From Gammaproteobacteria bacterium (GTDB taxonomy: Bacteria; Pseudomonadota; Gammaproteobacteria; Natronospirales; JAJUFS01), in assembly GCA_033720895.1 (NCBI GenBank), contig JAWWBS010000001.1, forward strand, positions 3,310-67,309: 64,000 bases of DNA, in the 5' to 3' direction. Shown here piece after piece: positions 57,097 to 64,000 of the stretch; positions within the stretch are counted from its first letter, which is position 1, and every line of letters starts with the position of its first letter. The position numbers and the translations under genes are program-made. The notes under the pieces were generated by a model. That model saw nothing but the letters and a program-made list of their open reading frames with translations, was not told the origin of the DNA and did no database searches.

Positions 57097-58011
57097 ATGA
57101 GCCAGCAATCCACACAGTCTCCCGATGCCAAGAGCTTCCAGCGCATTGCGCTGTTTGCCAAGCACGACAACGCCCTTGCCCTCGATATTGCCCGAACGGC
57201 GATCGACCACCTGGCACCTCGCAAGCTGGAGCTTTGTGCCGACCGCGAACTCTCGGCCAACATGCCCGCTGCCGACCTGTCCGACGCTGCGCCCGAGACC
57301 GCCGACCTCGCCATTGTCATTGGCGGTGACGGCACCCTGCTGCACACGGCTCGACAGCTGGCACCGCATGGCGTGCCGATTGTCGGTGTGAATGCCGGAC
57401 GCCTCGGTTTCCTCGCCGACATCCCGCGCGAAGCATTGACCACCACGCTGGACGACCTGTTTGCCGGCAAGTTCATATCCGAAACCCGCCACATGCTGCG
57501 GGCAGAGGTCTTCCGTGCCGATGGCAAGGTCGACTGGACCGACAAGGCCTTGAACGATGTGGTCGTCCAGAAGCGCGATGTCGGTCGCATGATCGAATTC
57601 GAAACGCACATCGACGGCAATTACGTCTGCACCCATCGCGCCGATGGCCTGGTGGTATCGACCCCGACCGGCTCGACGGCCTATGCACTTTCTGCAGGTG
57701 GCCCGATCGTGCACCCGGCGCTGGACGCGATTGCGATCGTGCCGATCTGTCCGCACACCCTGTCCGATCGACCGCTGGTGATCGGTGGCGAGGCCGACGT
57801 CGACATCGTCATGCGCCAGGCCGATGGCTCGGGTGCGCAGGTCGTGCTGGACGGCCAGGAAAGCTCGCCGCTGGCAGCAGGCGATCGCGTGCGCATCTCC
57901 CGCGCGGAACGTTCGCTGCAATTGCTGCACCCGGCAGGACACGATTATTACCACCTGCTCAGGCACAAGCTGCACTGGGGCCGTGACCATGACAGCGGCA
58001 AGGAACGATAG
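57097..58011 (+). CDS. nadK: NAD(+) kinase
   Basis: Start at ATG 57097. GGDGTLL motif (VIGGDGTLLHTAR) and NAGRLGFLADI. 304 aa. It is divergent from hrcA. Confidence 0.93.
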   Translation: MSQQSTQSPDAKSFQRIALFAKHDNALALDIARTAIDHLAPRKLELCADRELSANMPAADLSDAAPETADLAIVIGGDGTLLHTARQLAPHGVPIVGVNAGRLGFLADIPREALTTTLDDLFAGKFISETRHMLRAEVFRADGKVDWTDKALNDVVVQKRDVGRMIEFETHIDGNYVCTHRADGLVVSTPTGSTAYALSAGGPIVHPALDAIAIVPICPHTLSDRPLVIGGEADVDIVMRQADGSGAQVVLDGQESSPLAAGDRVRISRAERSLQLLHPAGHDYYHLLRHKLHWGRDHDSGKER

Positions 58012-58024
58012 GTAAATTACCCGG

Positions 58025-59701
58025 ATGCTTACACACGCTCACATCACCGACTTCGCCATCATCGAATCGCTGGAACTGGATTTCGATCTCGGCCTGACCT
58101 GCCTGACCGGCGAGACCGGCGCGGGCAAGTCCATCCTGATCGATGCGCTGGGCCTGGCGCTCGGTGACCGTGCCGATGCGACCACGGTGCGCGCTGGCGC
58201 AGACCGTGCGGAAATTTCCATTGGCTTCGACCTCTCCGACCAGCCCTTGGTGCAGGCCTGGCTGGAAGAAAACGAACTCGAAGATGATGGCGGCGAATGC
58301 CTGGTGCGCCGAACCGTGACCAGCGAGGGCCGCAGCAAGGCGTGGATCAATGGCCGTGCCGTACCGATGCAATCGCTCAAGGCATTGGGCGACGCGCTGG
58401 TCGACATCCATGGCCAGCACGAGCACCAGTCATTGATGCGCAAGGAAGCCCAGCGCGAACTGCTGGACAGCTACGCCAACCACGGCGAGCTGCTGGAAAA
58501 GACGGCAGCCGCTCACGCCAACTGGAAAAAAGTCCGCGAAGAACTGACGCGGCTGCGCGACAGCCAGCAGGAAAGCGACGATCGTCGCGACCTGCTGCGC
58601 TTCCAGGTCGGCGAACTCGATGCTCTCGCGCTGGATCCGAAGGAACTTCCGGAGCTGCAAAGCGAACAACATCGCCTCGCCCATGCCAGCCGCCTGACGG
58701 AGGGCACGCAGCGCGCGTTGGACAAGGCCTATGAAAGCGAGGACGGCTCGGCCTATTCCCTGCTCGCCGATGCGGTTGACGAACTGAACGAACTGGCCGA
58801 TTTCGACGACGCCCTGCAACCGATCTCGGAAACACTGAATTCGGCGATGATCACCCTGCAGGAAGGCGCGGAAGAATTGCGTCGCTATGCCGGCAAGCTG
58901 GAACTCGATCCGGAACGCCGTGATGAAATCGAAGCGCGACTGGTGTCCATCCAGGAACTGGCGCGCAAGCACCGCACCGCAGCTGCCGAACTTCCCGAGC
59001 TGGCCGACGCCCTGCGAACGGAACTCGATAGCCTCGACAATGCGGAAGAGCGGATTGCCGAGCTCGAAGCCGGACTGGAGAAAAGCGAGCAGGCCTACCT
59101 CGCAGCAGCCGACGCACTGCGCGCATCGCGCCAGAAAGTCGCAAAACAGCTGGGCGACGATGTCAGCAAGATCATGCAGGAGCTTGGCATGTCCGGTGGT
59201 CGTTTCGAAATCGCGGTCGAACCGGATGCCAAGGACCGCTTCCTGGCACACGGCCGCGACCAGGTCGAATTCCGGGTCAGCGCCAATCCCGGCCAGCCGT
59301 TGAAGCCGCTGGCAAAAGTCGCCTCGGGCGGCGAGCTGTCACGCATCTCGCTGGCCATCCAGGTGATCGCCTCGAATGCCTCGAACATGCCAGTGATGAT
59401 TTTCGACGAGGTCGATGCTGGTGTCGGTGGCGGCATTGCCGAGCTGATCGGCCGGCGCATGCGCGCGCTGGGCAAGGAGCGCCAGGTGTTCTGTGTCACC
59501 CACCTGCCGCAGGTCGCAGCGCAAGGGCATCATCACTTCAAGGTGGAAAAGACCGCCGGCAAGGACGAGACCCACACGGGTATTCGCAAGCTGGACGACG
59601 CCACCCGCATCGAGGAGCTGGCGCGCATGCTGGGCGGCGTGAACATCACCGACACCACGCTCGATCATGCCCGCGAGATGATCAAGGCCGCCACGAACTG
59701 A
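58025..59701 (+). CDS. recN: DNA repair protein RecN
   Basis: 558 aa. Walker A GETGAGKSI, coiled coil, and C-terminal SGGELSR signature with Walker B (MIFDEVD). Confidence 0.97.
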   Translation: MLTHAHITDFAIIESLELDFDLGLTCLTGETGAGKSILIDALGLALGDRADATTVRAGADRAEISIGFDLSDQPLVQAWLEENELEDDGGECLVRRTVTSEGRSKAWINGRAVPMQSLKALGDALVDIHGQHEHQSLMRKEAQRELLDSYANHGELLEKTAAAHANWKKVREELTRLRDSQQESDDRRDLLRFQVGELDALALDPKELPELQSEQHRLAHASRLTEGTQRALDKAYESEDGSAYSLLADAVDELNELADFDDALQPISETLNSAMITLQEGAEELRRYAGKLELDPERRDEIEARLVSIQELARKHRTAAAELPELADALRTELDSLDNAEERIAELEAGLEKSEQAYLAAADALRASRQKVAKQLGDDVSKIMQELGMSGGRFEIAVEPDAKDRFLAHGRDQVEFRVSANPGQPLKPLAKVASGGELSRISLAIQVIASNASNMPVMIFDEVDAGVGGGIAELIGRRMRALGKERQVFCVTHLPQVAAQGHHHFKVEKTAGKDETHTGIRKLDDATRIEELARMLGGVNITDTTLDHAREMIKAATN

Positions 59702-59724
59702 GCAGCCAGGACATCAGGCAATAG

Positions 59725-59764
59725 AAAAGGCCGCTCCGGATCGTCTCCCGGGAGCGGCCTTTTT
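59725..59764. terminator. Bidirectional rho-independent terminator between recN and fur
   Basis: aaaaggccgctcc...ggagcggccttttt, with an A-tract and a T-tract flanking a GC-rich stem. Confidence 0.8.
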
Positions 59765-59782
59765 CATGCTGATATCACGATC

Positions 59783-60205
59783 CTATTTCTTCAATTCCTT
59801 CCGGCATTCCGGGCAGATACCGTAGATGTAGAGCGAGTGGTCGGTCATCTCGTAGCCCGCCTCCTCGGCAATCTGGTGCTGGCGCTTTTCGATGGTTTCG
59901 TCGACGAACTCGTCGACCTTGCCGCACTTCACGCAGACGATGTGGTCATGATGCTCGCCCTCGTTGAGCTCGAACATCGAGTGTCCGCCTTCGAAATGAT
60001 GCCGGGTCACCAGGCCCGCGTCCTCGAACTGGGTCAGGACACGGTAGACCGTGGCCAGGCCGATTTCCTCGCCGGAATCCAGCAAGGCCTTGTAGAGGTC
60101 CTCGGCGCTCATGTGGCGCGGTTCGGCGCCATCGAGAATCTCCAGGATCTTCATCCTGGGCAGGGTGACCTTCAATCCGGCTTTCCTTAAATCCTGGCTT
60201 TCCAC
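59783..60205 (-). CDS. fur: Ferric uptake regulator Fur
   Basis: 140 aa with a GTG start. LKVTLPRMKILEIL, the HHDH metal site and CxxC...CxxC (CVKCG, CPEC). Confidence 0.96.
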   Translation of the reverse strand: MESQDLRKAGLKVTLPRMKILEILDGAEPRHMSAEDLYKALLDSGEEIGLATVYRVLTQFEDAGLVTRHHFEGGHSMFELNEGEHHDHIVCVKCGKVDEFVDETIEKRQHQIAEEAGYEMTDHSLYIYGICPECRKELKK

Positions 60206-60391
60206 GGTGATTTACCTGCCTGGCGGGACCAGCATGGGGGCTGGCCGGTGAATTGTGGAACTCTGGTGGCAATTGCCGACCGCCGCTGGCCAGCCCTTAC
60301 CCTGTCCGGTATTATCCCCGACCTCTGCAGGAACGCAACACGCCCACGGGCCAATTCCTGACCAATCAGACTACACCTGTCGAGGACCATC

Positions 60392-60784
60392 ATGCGCCAG
60401 GCGCTCAACAAGATCATGCTGCCGCTGCTGACCGCTGCCCTGCTGTCGGGCTGCGTCTACCGCCAGGACATCCTGCAAGGCAACGTCCTGCTGGACCGCG
60501 ATATCGAGAAACTGGAACTCGGCATGAGCCGCGAACAGGTGAAGTTCATTCTCGGCACGCCGATGGTTGCGGACCCCTATCATCCGGATCGCTGGGACTA
60601 CCTGCTGTATGTCGATTCGATGAAGGAAGAACGTGATCGCTACCGTCACATGGTGATGTACTTCGGCGCCGATGGCCTCGAGCGCATCGAAAAGCGCGGT
60701 GGTTTCGATGACGAGAGCATGGCAAGTGAAGTCCCCAAGGCCGGCTTCGAAGAAGAAACCGAGGAAAACCCGACCACCGAATGA
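60392..60784 (+). CDS. bamE: Outer membrane protein assembly factor BamE (SmpA/OmlA lipoprotein)
   Basis: 130 aa. Lipobox LLSGC, then YRQDILQGN...GMSREQVKFILGTP, with an acidic C-terminal tail. Confidence 0.9.
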   Translation: MRQALNKIMLPLLTAALLSGCVYRQDILQGNVLLDRDIEKLELGMSREQVKFILGTPMVADPYHPDRWDYLLYVDSMKEERDRYRHMVMYFGADGLERIEKRGGFDDESMASEVPKAGFEEETEENPTTE

Positions 60785-60804
60785 AGGTGGAACGGTACCG
60801 AATC

Positions 60805-60835
60805 GAAAAAAGGACGCCACGGCGTCCTTTTTCTT
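60805..60835. terminator. Bidirectional rho-independent terminator between bamE and rnfH
   Basis: aaaaaaggacgc-cacg-gcgtcctttttctt. Confidence 0.8.
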
Positions 60836-60853
60836 TGCCCGCTTTCGCCAGAA

Positions 60854-61177
60854 CTAGCTGGCCGAGGACTTCTTGCCCATGGTCTTGCCCTCCGCGGCAA
60901 GGCGCCGCCGGACCTCCTTCGGGTCGGCTTTCAGCGGACGATAGATTTCCACGCGGTCGGCCGGTCGCAGCTCCCGGTTCGGCGGGCACAGCTTGCCAAA
61001 CACGCCGAACTTTGCAGACGCAAAATCGATCTCGGGGAACAATTCCTGGATTCCTGAAAGCTCGGCGGCTTGCAGCGCTGTCGTACCGGGCGCAACCCGG
61101 AGACTGATGATTTCCTGGCGCTCCGGCGTGGCGTAGGCGACTTCGACGGCAATCGTTTCCGGCGCGGTCGTGCTCAT
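60854..61177 (-). CDS. rnfH: RnfH family protein (UPF0125, ubiquitin-like fold; RatB/YfjF homologue)
   Basis: 107 aa. IAVEVAYATPERQEIISLRVAPGTTALQAAELSGI...DRVEIYRPL. Confidence 0.85.
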   Translation of the reverse strand: MSTTAPETIAVEVAYATPERQEIISLRVAPGTTALQAAELSGIQELFPEIDFASAKFGVFGKLCPPNRELRPADRVEIYRPLKADPKEVRRRLAAEGKTMGKKSSAS

Positions 61178-61180
61178 GGC

Positions 61181-61627
61181 TCAGGCACCTGCCTTGTTGC
61201 CGTAAACCACCTGCGCCCTGCGGACAAAGGAATCCAGCATGGTGTCGCAGATCTGGTTGAACACGGGGCCGAGCATCATCTCCAGCATGCGGCTGGCAAA
61301 CTTGAACTCGAGATGCAGGGAGACCTTGCAGGCATCATCGCTCAGCGCCTGGAAATGCCAGCTGCCGGCAAGCTCCTTGAAGGGACCGTCGACCAGGGCG
61401 AGCTCGATGCGCTCGCCCGGTGTCAGGGTATTGCGGGTAGTGAAGGCACGATTGAAACCGCCCTTGGCGATTTCGATCGAGGCCAGCATGTGCGAATCCG
61501 AGGATTCGAGCACTTCCGACCGCTTGCACCACGGCAGGAACTCCGGATAGCGGGCGACGTCGTTCACCAGGTCGAACATCGCCTGCGCCGGAAAACCTAC
61601 CAGGGCGCTGCGGTTGACTTCACGCAC
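61181..61627 (-). CDS. ratA: SRPBCC/START-fold protein of the RatA (YfjG, Coq10-like) family
   Basis: 148 aa with a GTG start. RSALVGFPAQAMFDLVNDVARYPEFLPWC. It sits between rnfH and smpB, as in E. coli. Confidence 0.85.
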   Translation of the reverse strand: MREVNRSALVGFPAQAMFDLVNDVARYPEFLPWCKRSEVLESSDSHMLASIEIAKGGFNRAFTTRNTLTPGERIELALVDGPFKELAGSWHFQALSDDACKVSLHLEFKFASRMLEMMLGPVFNQICDTMLDSFVRRAQVVYGNKAGA

Positions 61628-61628
61628 T

Positions 61629-63005
61629 TCAGCCGAGCTTGCCCAGCAGGCCAGTCGCGTTCAGGAACACGATGACCAGCGCGATCGGCGCCAGGAAGCG
61701 GATCAGGAAGCTCCACACGTTGTAGCGGAAGCCGGTACCCATCTCCAGCTCTTCGACCGTCGAGCTCTTGCACATCACCCAGCCGGCAAACAGCGCGATC
61801 AGCAGGCCGCCCAACGGCAGCATGATGTTCGACGTCAGGTAGTCCATGTTGTCGAACCAGGTGCCCGCCATGAACTGGTACTCCTCGCCGGAGAACACGT
61901 TGAACGACAGCACCGAGCCGATACCGATCACCCAGACGACAGCGCCGACCAGCATGGCGGCCTTGCGACGGCTCATGTTGTGATTCTCGACCAGCCGCGC
62001 GCAAGCCGGCTCGATCAGGCCGATGGATGACGACCAGGCTGCGAAAATCAGCAGCACGAAGAACAAGGTGCCGAACACCTGGCCACCCGGCATGCTGCCA
62101 AAGGCCAGCGGCAGGGTCTTGAAGATCAGTTCCGGGCCGGCGCCAGGGTTCAGGCCGTGCTGCAGCACGATCGGGAAGATGGCCAGGCCAGCAAGCAATG
62201 CAACGGACGTGTCCGCAAAGACCACCGTCAGCGACGTCTCGCCGATCGAGGAATCATCAGGCAGGTAGGCACCGTAGGCCATGATGGCGCCCATGCCCAG
62301 CGACAGCGAGAAGAAGGCCTGCCCCATCGCGGCAAGAATCGTGCCGCCGGTGACCTGGCTGAAGTCGGGCTTGAACATGTAACCCATGGCGTCGGCAAAA
62401 TGCTCGGTGCTCATGGCATAACCAACCAGCACCAGCAACAGGATGAACAAGGCCGGCATCAGGTACTTCACTGCAGCCTCGAGACCCTGCTCCACACCGC
62501 GCGCAACCACGAACACGGTCAGTCCGATGAAAATGGTGTGCAAGGCCAGCAACCAGGGCCAGCTCGCCATGAGGTCGTCGAACTCGGTATTCACCACCGC
62601 CTTGGTGGCGTCCGTGAACACGCCAGCCGCCGTATCCCAGGCATAGAAGAAGGTCCAACCGGCGATGACGCTGTAATAAGAGAGAATCAGGACGCCAGCC
62701 AGCACGCCCATCCAGCCGACCAGCTGCCACCAGCCACCACCGGCTTCTTCTTCAGAGAGCAGTTTCATGGTGTTGATGGGGTTGCGACGACCACGACGAC
62801 CCAGCAAGGCCTCGGCCATGAAGATCGGCAGGCCGATGGCCAGCACGCACGCCAGGTAGATGATCACGAAAGCACCGCCGCCGTTCTCGCCGGTCATGTA
62901 CGGGAACTTCCAGATGTTGCCAAGACCCACGGCTGCGCCGGTGGCTGCCAACACGAAGGCCATGCGCGAAGACCACTGGCCGTGCAAAGACTCACGTCGT
63001 GCCAT
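61629..63005 (-). CDS. Sodium-dependent transporter, neurotransmitter:sodium symporter (SNF/NSS) family
   Basis: 458 aa. The NSS signature is WSSRMAFVLAATGAAVGLGNIWKFPY, with ~11-12 TM helices. The stop is 1 nt from the ratA start. Confidence 0.88.
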   Translation of the reverse strand: MARRESLHGQWSSRMAFVLAATGAAVGLGNIWKFPYMTGENGGGAFVIIYLACVLAIGLPIFMAEALLGRRGRRNPINTMKLLSEEEAGGGWWQLVGWMGVLAGVLILSYYSVIAGWTFFYAWDTAAGVFTDATKAVVNTEFDDLMASWPWLLALHTIFIGLTVFVVARGVEQGLEAAVKYLMPALFILLLVLVGYAMSTEHFADAMGYMFKPDFSQVTGGTILAAMGQAFFSLSLGMGAIMAYGAYLPDDSSIGETSLTVVFADTSVALLAGLAIFPIVLQHGLNPGAGPELIFKTLPLAFGSMPGGQVFGTLFFVLLIFAAWSSSIGLIEPACARLVENHNMSRRKAAMLVGAVVWVIGIGSVLSFNVFSGEEYQFMAGTWFDNMDYLTSNIMLPLGGLLIALFAGWVMCKSSTVEELEMGTGFRYNVWSFLIRFLAPIALVIVFLNATGLLGKLG

Positions 63006-63146
63006 GTATCACCCCTTTGATTTCAGGCATCGTCGGAAAGTGCGGGATTGTGGTCGAAATCGCCGCCATGCTCAAGCGGCCAGCCCATGAAATGACCGCC
63101 AGCCACTCTGGACGCAGGCCGCCAGCCGGCTGATATACTCCGCGCC

Positions 63147-63623
63147 ATGACGAAAAAGGGAAAAAAGGACGGCGGCAGCACCATCGCGCTGAACAAGAAG
63201 GCGCGCCACGACTACTTCATCGAGGAGCAGTTCGAGGCCGGTATTGCGCTGGAAGGCTGGGAGGTCAAGGCACTCAGGGCCGGTCGGGCCAGCATCACCG
63301 AAGCCTATGTCACCGTGAAGAACAACGAGATCTGGCTGCTCGGCGGGCAGATCACGCCCCTGCCCCAGGCCTCCACCCACAAGAATGCCGATCCGACCCG
63401 CACCCGCAAGCTGCTGCTGCATCGCCGCGAGATCGACACCCTGATCGGCAAGGTCGACCGCGCGGGCTACACCCTGACGCCGCTGGCACTCTACTGGAAG
63501 AAGGGCCTGGTCAAGCTCGACATCGGCCTCGCCAAGGGCAAGAAACAGCACGACAAGCGCGAAACGAAGAAGAACCAGGACTGGGAGCGCCAGAAGCAGC
63601 GCTTGATGCGCCATAGCTCCTAA
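63147..63623 (+). CDS. smpB: SsrA-binding protein SmpB
   Basis: 158 aa. [32 protein letters not shown], with a basic C-terminal tail. Confidence 0.97.
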   Translation: MTKKGKKDGGSTIALNKKARHDYFIEEQFEAGIALEGWEVKALRAGRASITEAYVTVKNNEIWLLGGQITPLPQASTHKNADPTRTRKLLLHRREIDTLIGKVDRAGYTLTPLALYWKKGLVKLDIGLAKGKKQHDKRETKKNQDWERQKQRLMRHSS

Positions 63624-63697
63624 CCCGGTTCCTGCCGGCTGGCCTCTTGAAATCCTGCGGGCTGACCCTATCTCCTGTTACACTGAACACGTTTCTC

Positions 63698-64000
63698 GGG
63701 GGTGATTTGGCTTCGACGCGGATCACGAAACCTGAGGTGCATGCCGAGCTCGTGGATAAGCTCGTAAAACCATCTGCAAAATTGATAGTTGCCAACGACG
63801 ACAACTACGCTCTAGCGGCCTAAACCCCGCTAGCGGTCGACCGGTTCGGGCCTGAACGGCTGGATCGACTGTAATCTAACCAGGCTAGTCACAAAGGTTG
63901 CTCTCGCCGGCGTGGCGAAACTCCAATCGAGAGATCGCCAGTCGTCTTCCTAGCCTGTCGGGTAGCGTCTGGTTAAATTAAAAGTACAGGATAAGCATGT
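63698..64000 (+). ncRNA. ssrA: tmRNA (SsrA), 5' ~300 nt; 3' end lies beyond the window
   Basis: The 5' end GGGGGTGATTTGGCTTCGACG aligns to the E. coli tmRNA 5' end. The tag reading frame at 63791-63823, GCCAACGACGACAACTACGCTCTAGCGGCCTAA, encodes ANDDNYALAA*. The downstream segments AATCTAACCAGGCTAGTC and ATAAGCATGT match conserved tmRNA regions. Confidence 0.93.

Noticed and set aside
60206-60391. Fur box expected in the fur-bamE divergent spacer.
   Set aside because: No segment resembles GATAATGATAATCATTATC. There are only weak caattg/caattc repeats. This is not enough to call a site.

Overview
This is a GC-rich gammaproteobacterial core-chromosome segment with strong G/C third-position bias; I did not compute an exact GC value. 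It is almost fully occupied by recognisable housekeeping genes. I call 60 protein-coding genes, 2 tRNAs (initiator tRNA-Met and tRNA-Leu GAG) and the 5' part of tmRNA (ssrA), plus terminators and promoter/operator candidates read directly from the sequence.

Gene content in window order:
- trpS (partial), M50 protease, yciO / yciB-yciI-bolA-family, parvulin lipoprotein
- ligA-zipA-smc (minus strand)
- queF, cysZ, dksA-gluQ, a short PhaR-like regulator, a YheT-type hydrolase
- pnp-rpsO-truB-rbfA-infB-nusA-rimP-metY supercluster (minus)
- a complete 14-gene nuoA-N operon (minus)
- leuU-secG-tpiA-glmM-folP-ftsH-rlmE (minus)
- yhbY / greA-carB-carA-dapB-dnaJ-dnaK-grpE-hrcA (minus)
- nadK-recN, fur, bamE
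- rnfH-ratA-SNF transporter (minus)
- smpB-ssrA

The order closely follows the conserved translation, transcription and heat-shock neighbourhoods known from E. coli and Pseudomonas.

I found no mobile elements, CRISPR arrays, defence or secretion islands, or unassignable multi-gene cassettes. I therefore cannot support the presence of a novel multi-gene system here.

The features most worth a second look are:
1. A DksA with a roughly 95-aa Lys/Ala/Pro-rich histone-H1-like N-terminal tail built from 33-bp repeats.
2. A CIRCE-like operator on the hrcA promoter combined with sigma-32-type promoters in front of grpE and dnaK.
3. A roughly 215-nt structured, terminator-capped intergenic segment downstream of the parvulin gene, which is a candidate sRNA or 3'UTR element.
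4. A truncated orphan PhaR-like regulator preceded by palindromes and repeated TCCAGGCC motifs.
5. An initiator tRNA with a U1/U72 mismatch instead of C1/A72.
6. An attenuator-like carA leader.

The many long ORFs antisense to real genes are GC-bias artefacts.
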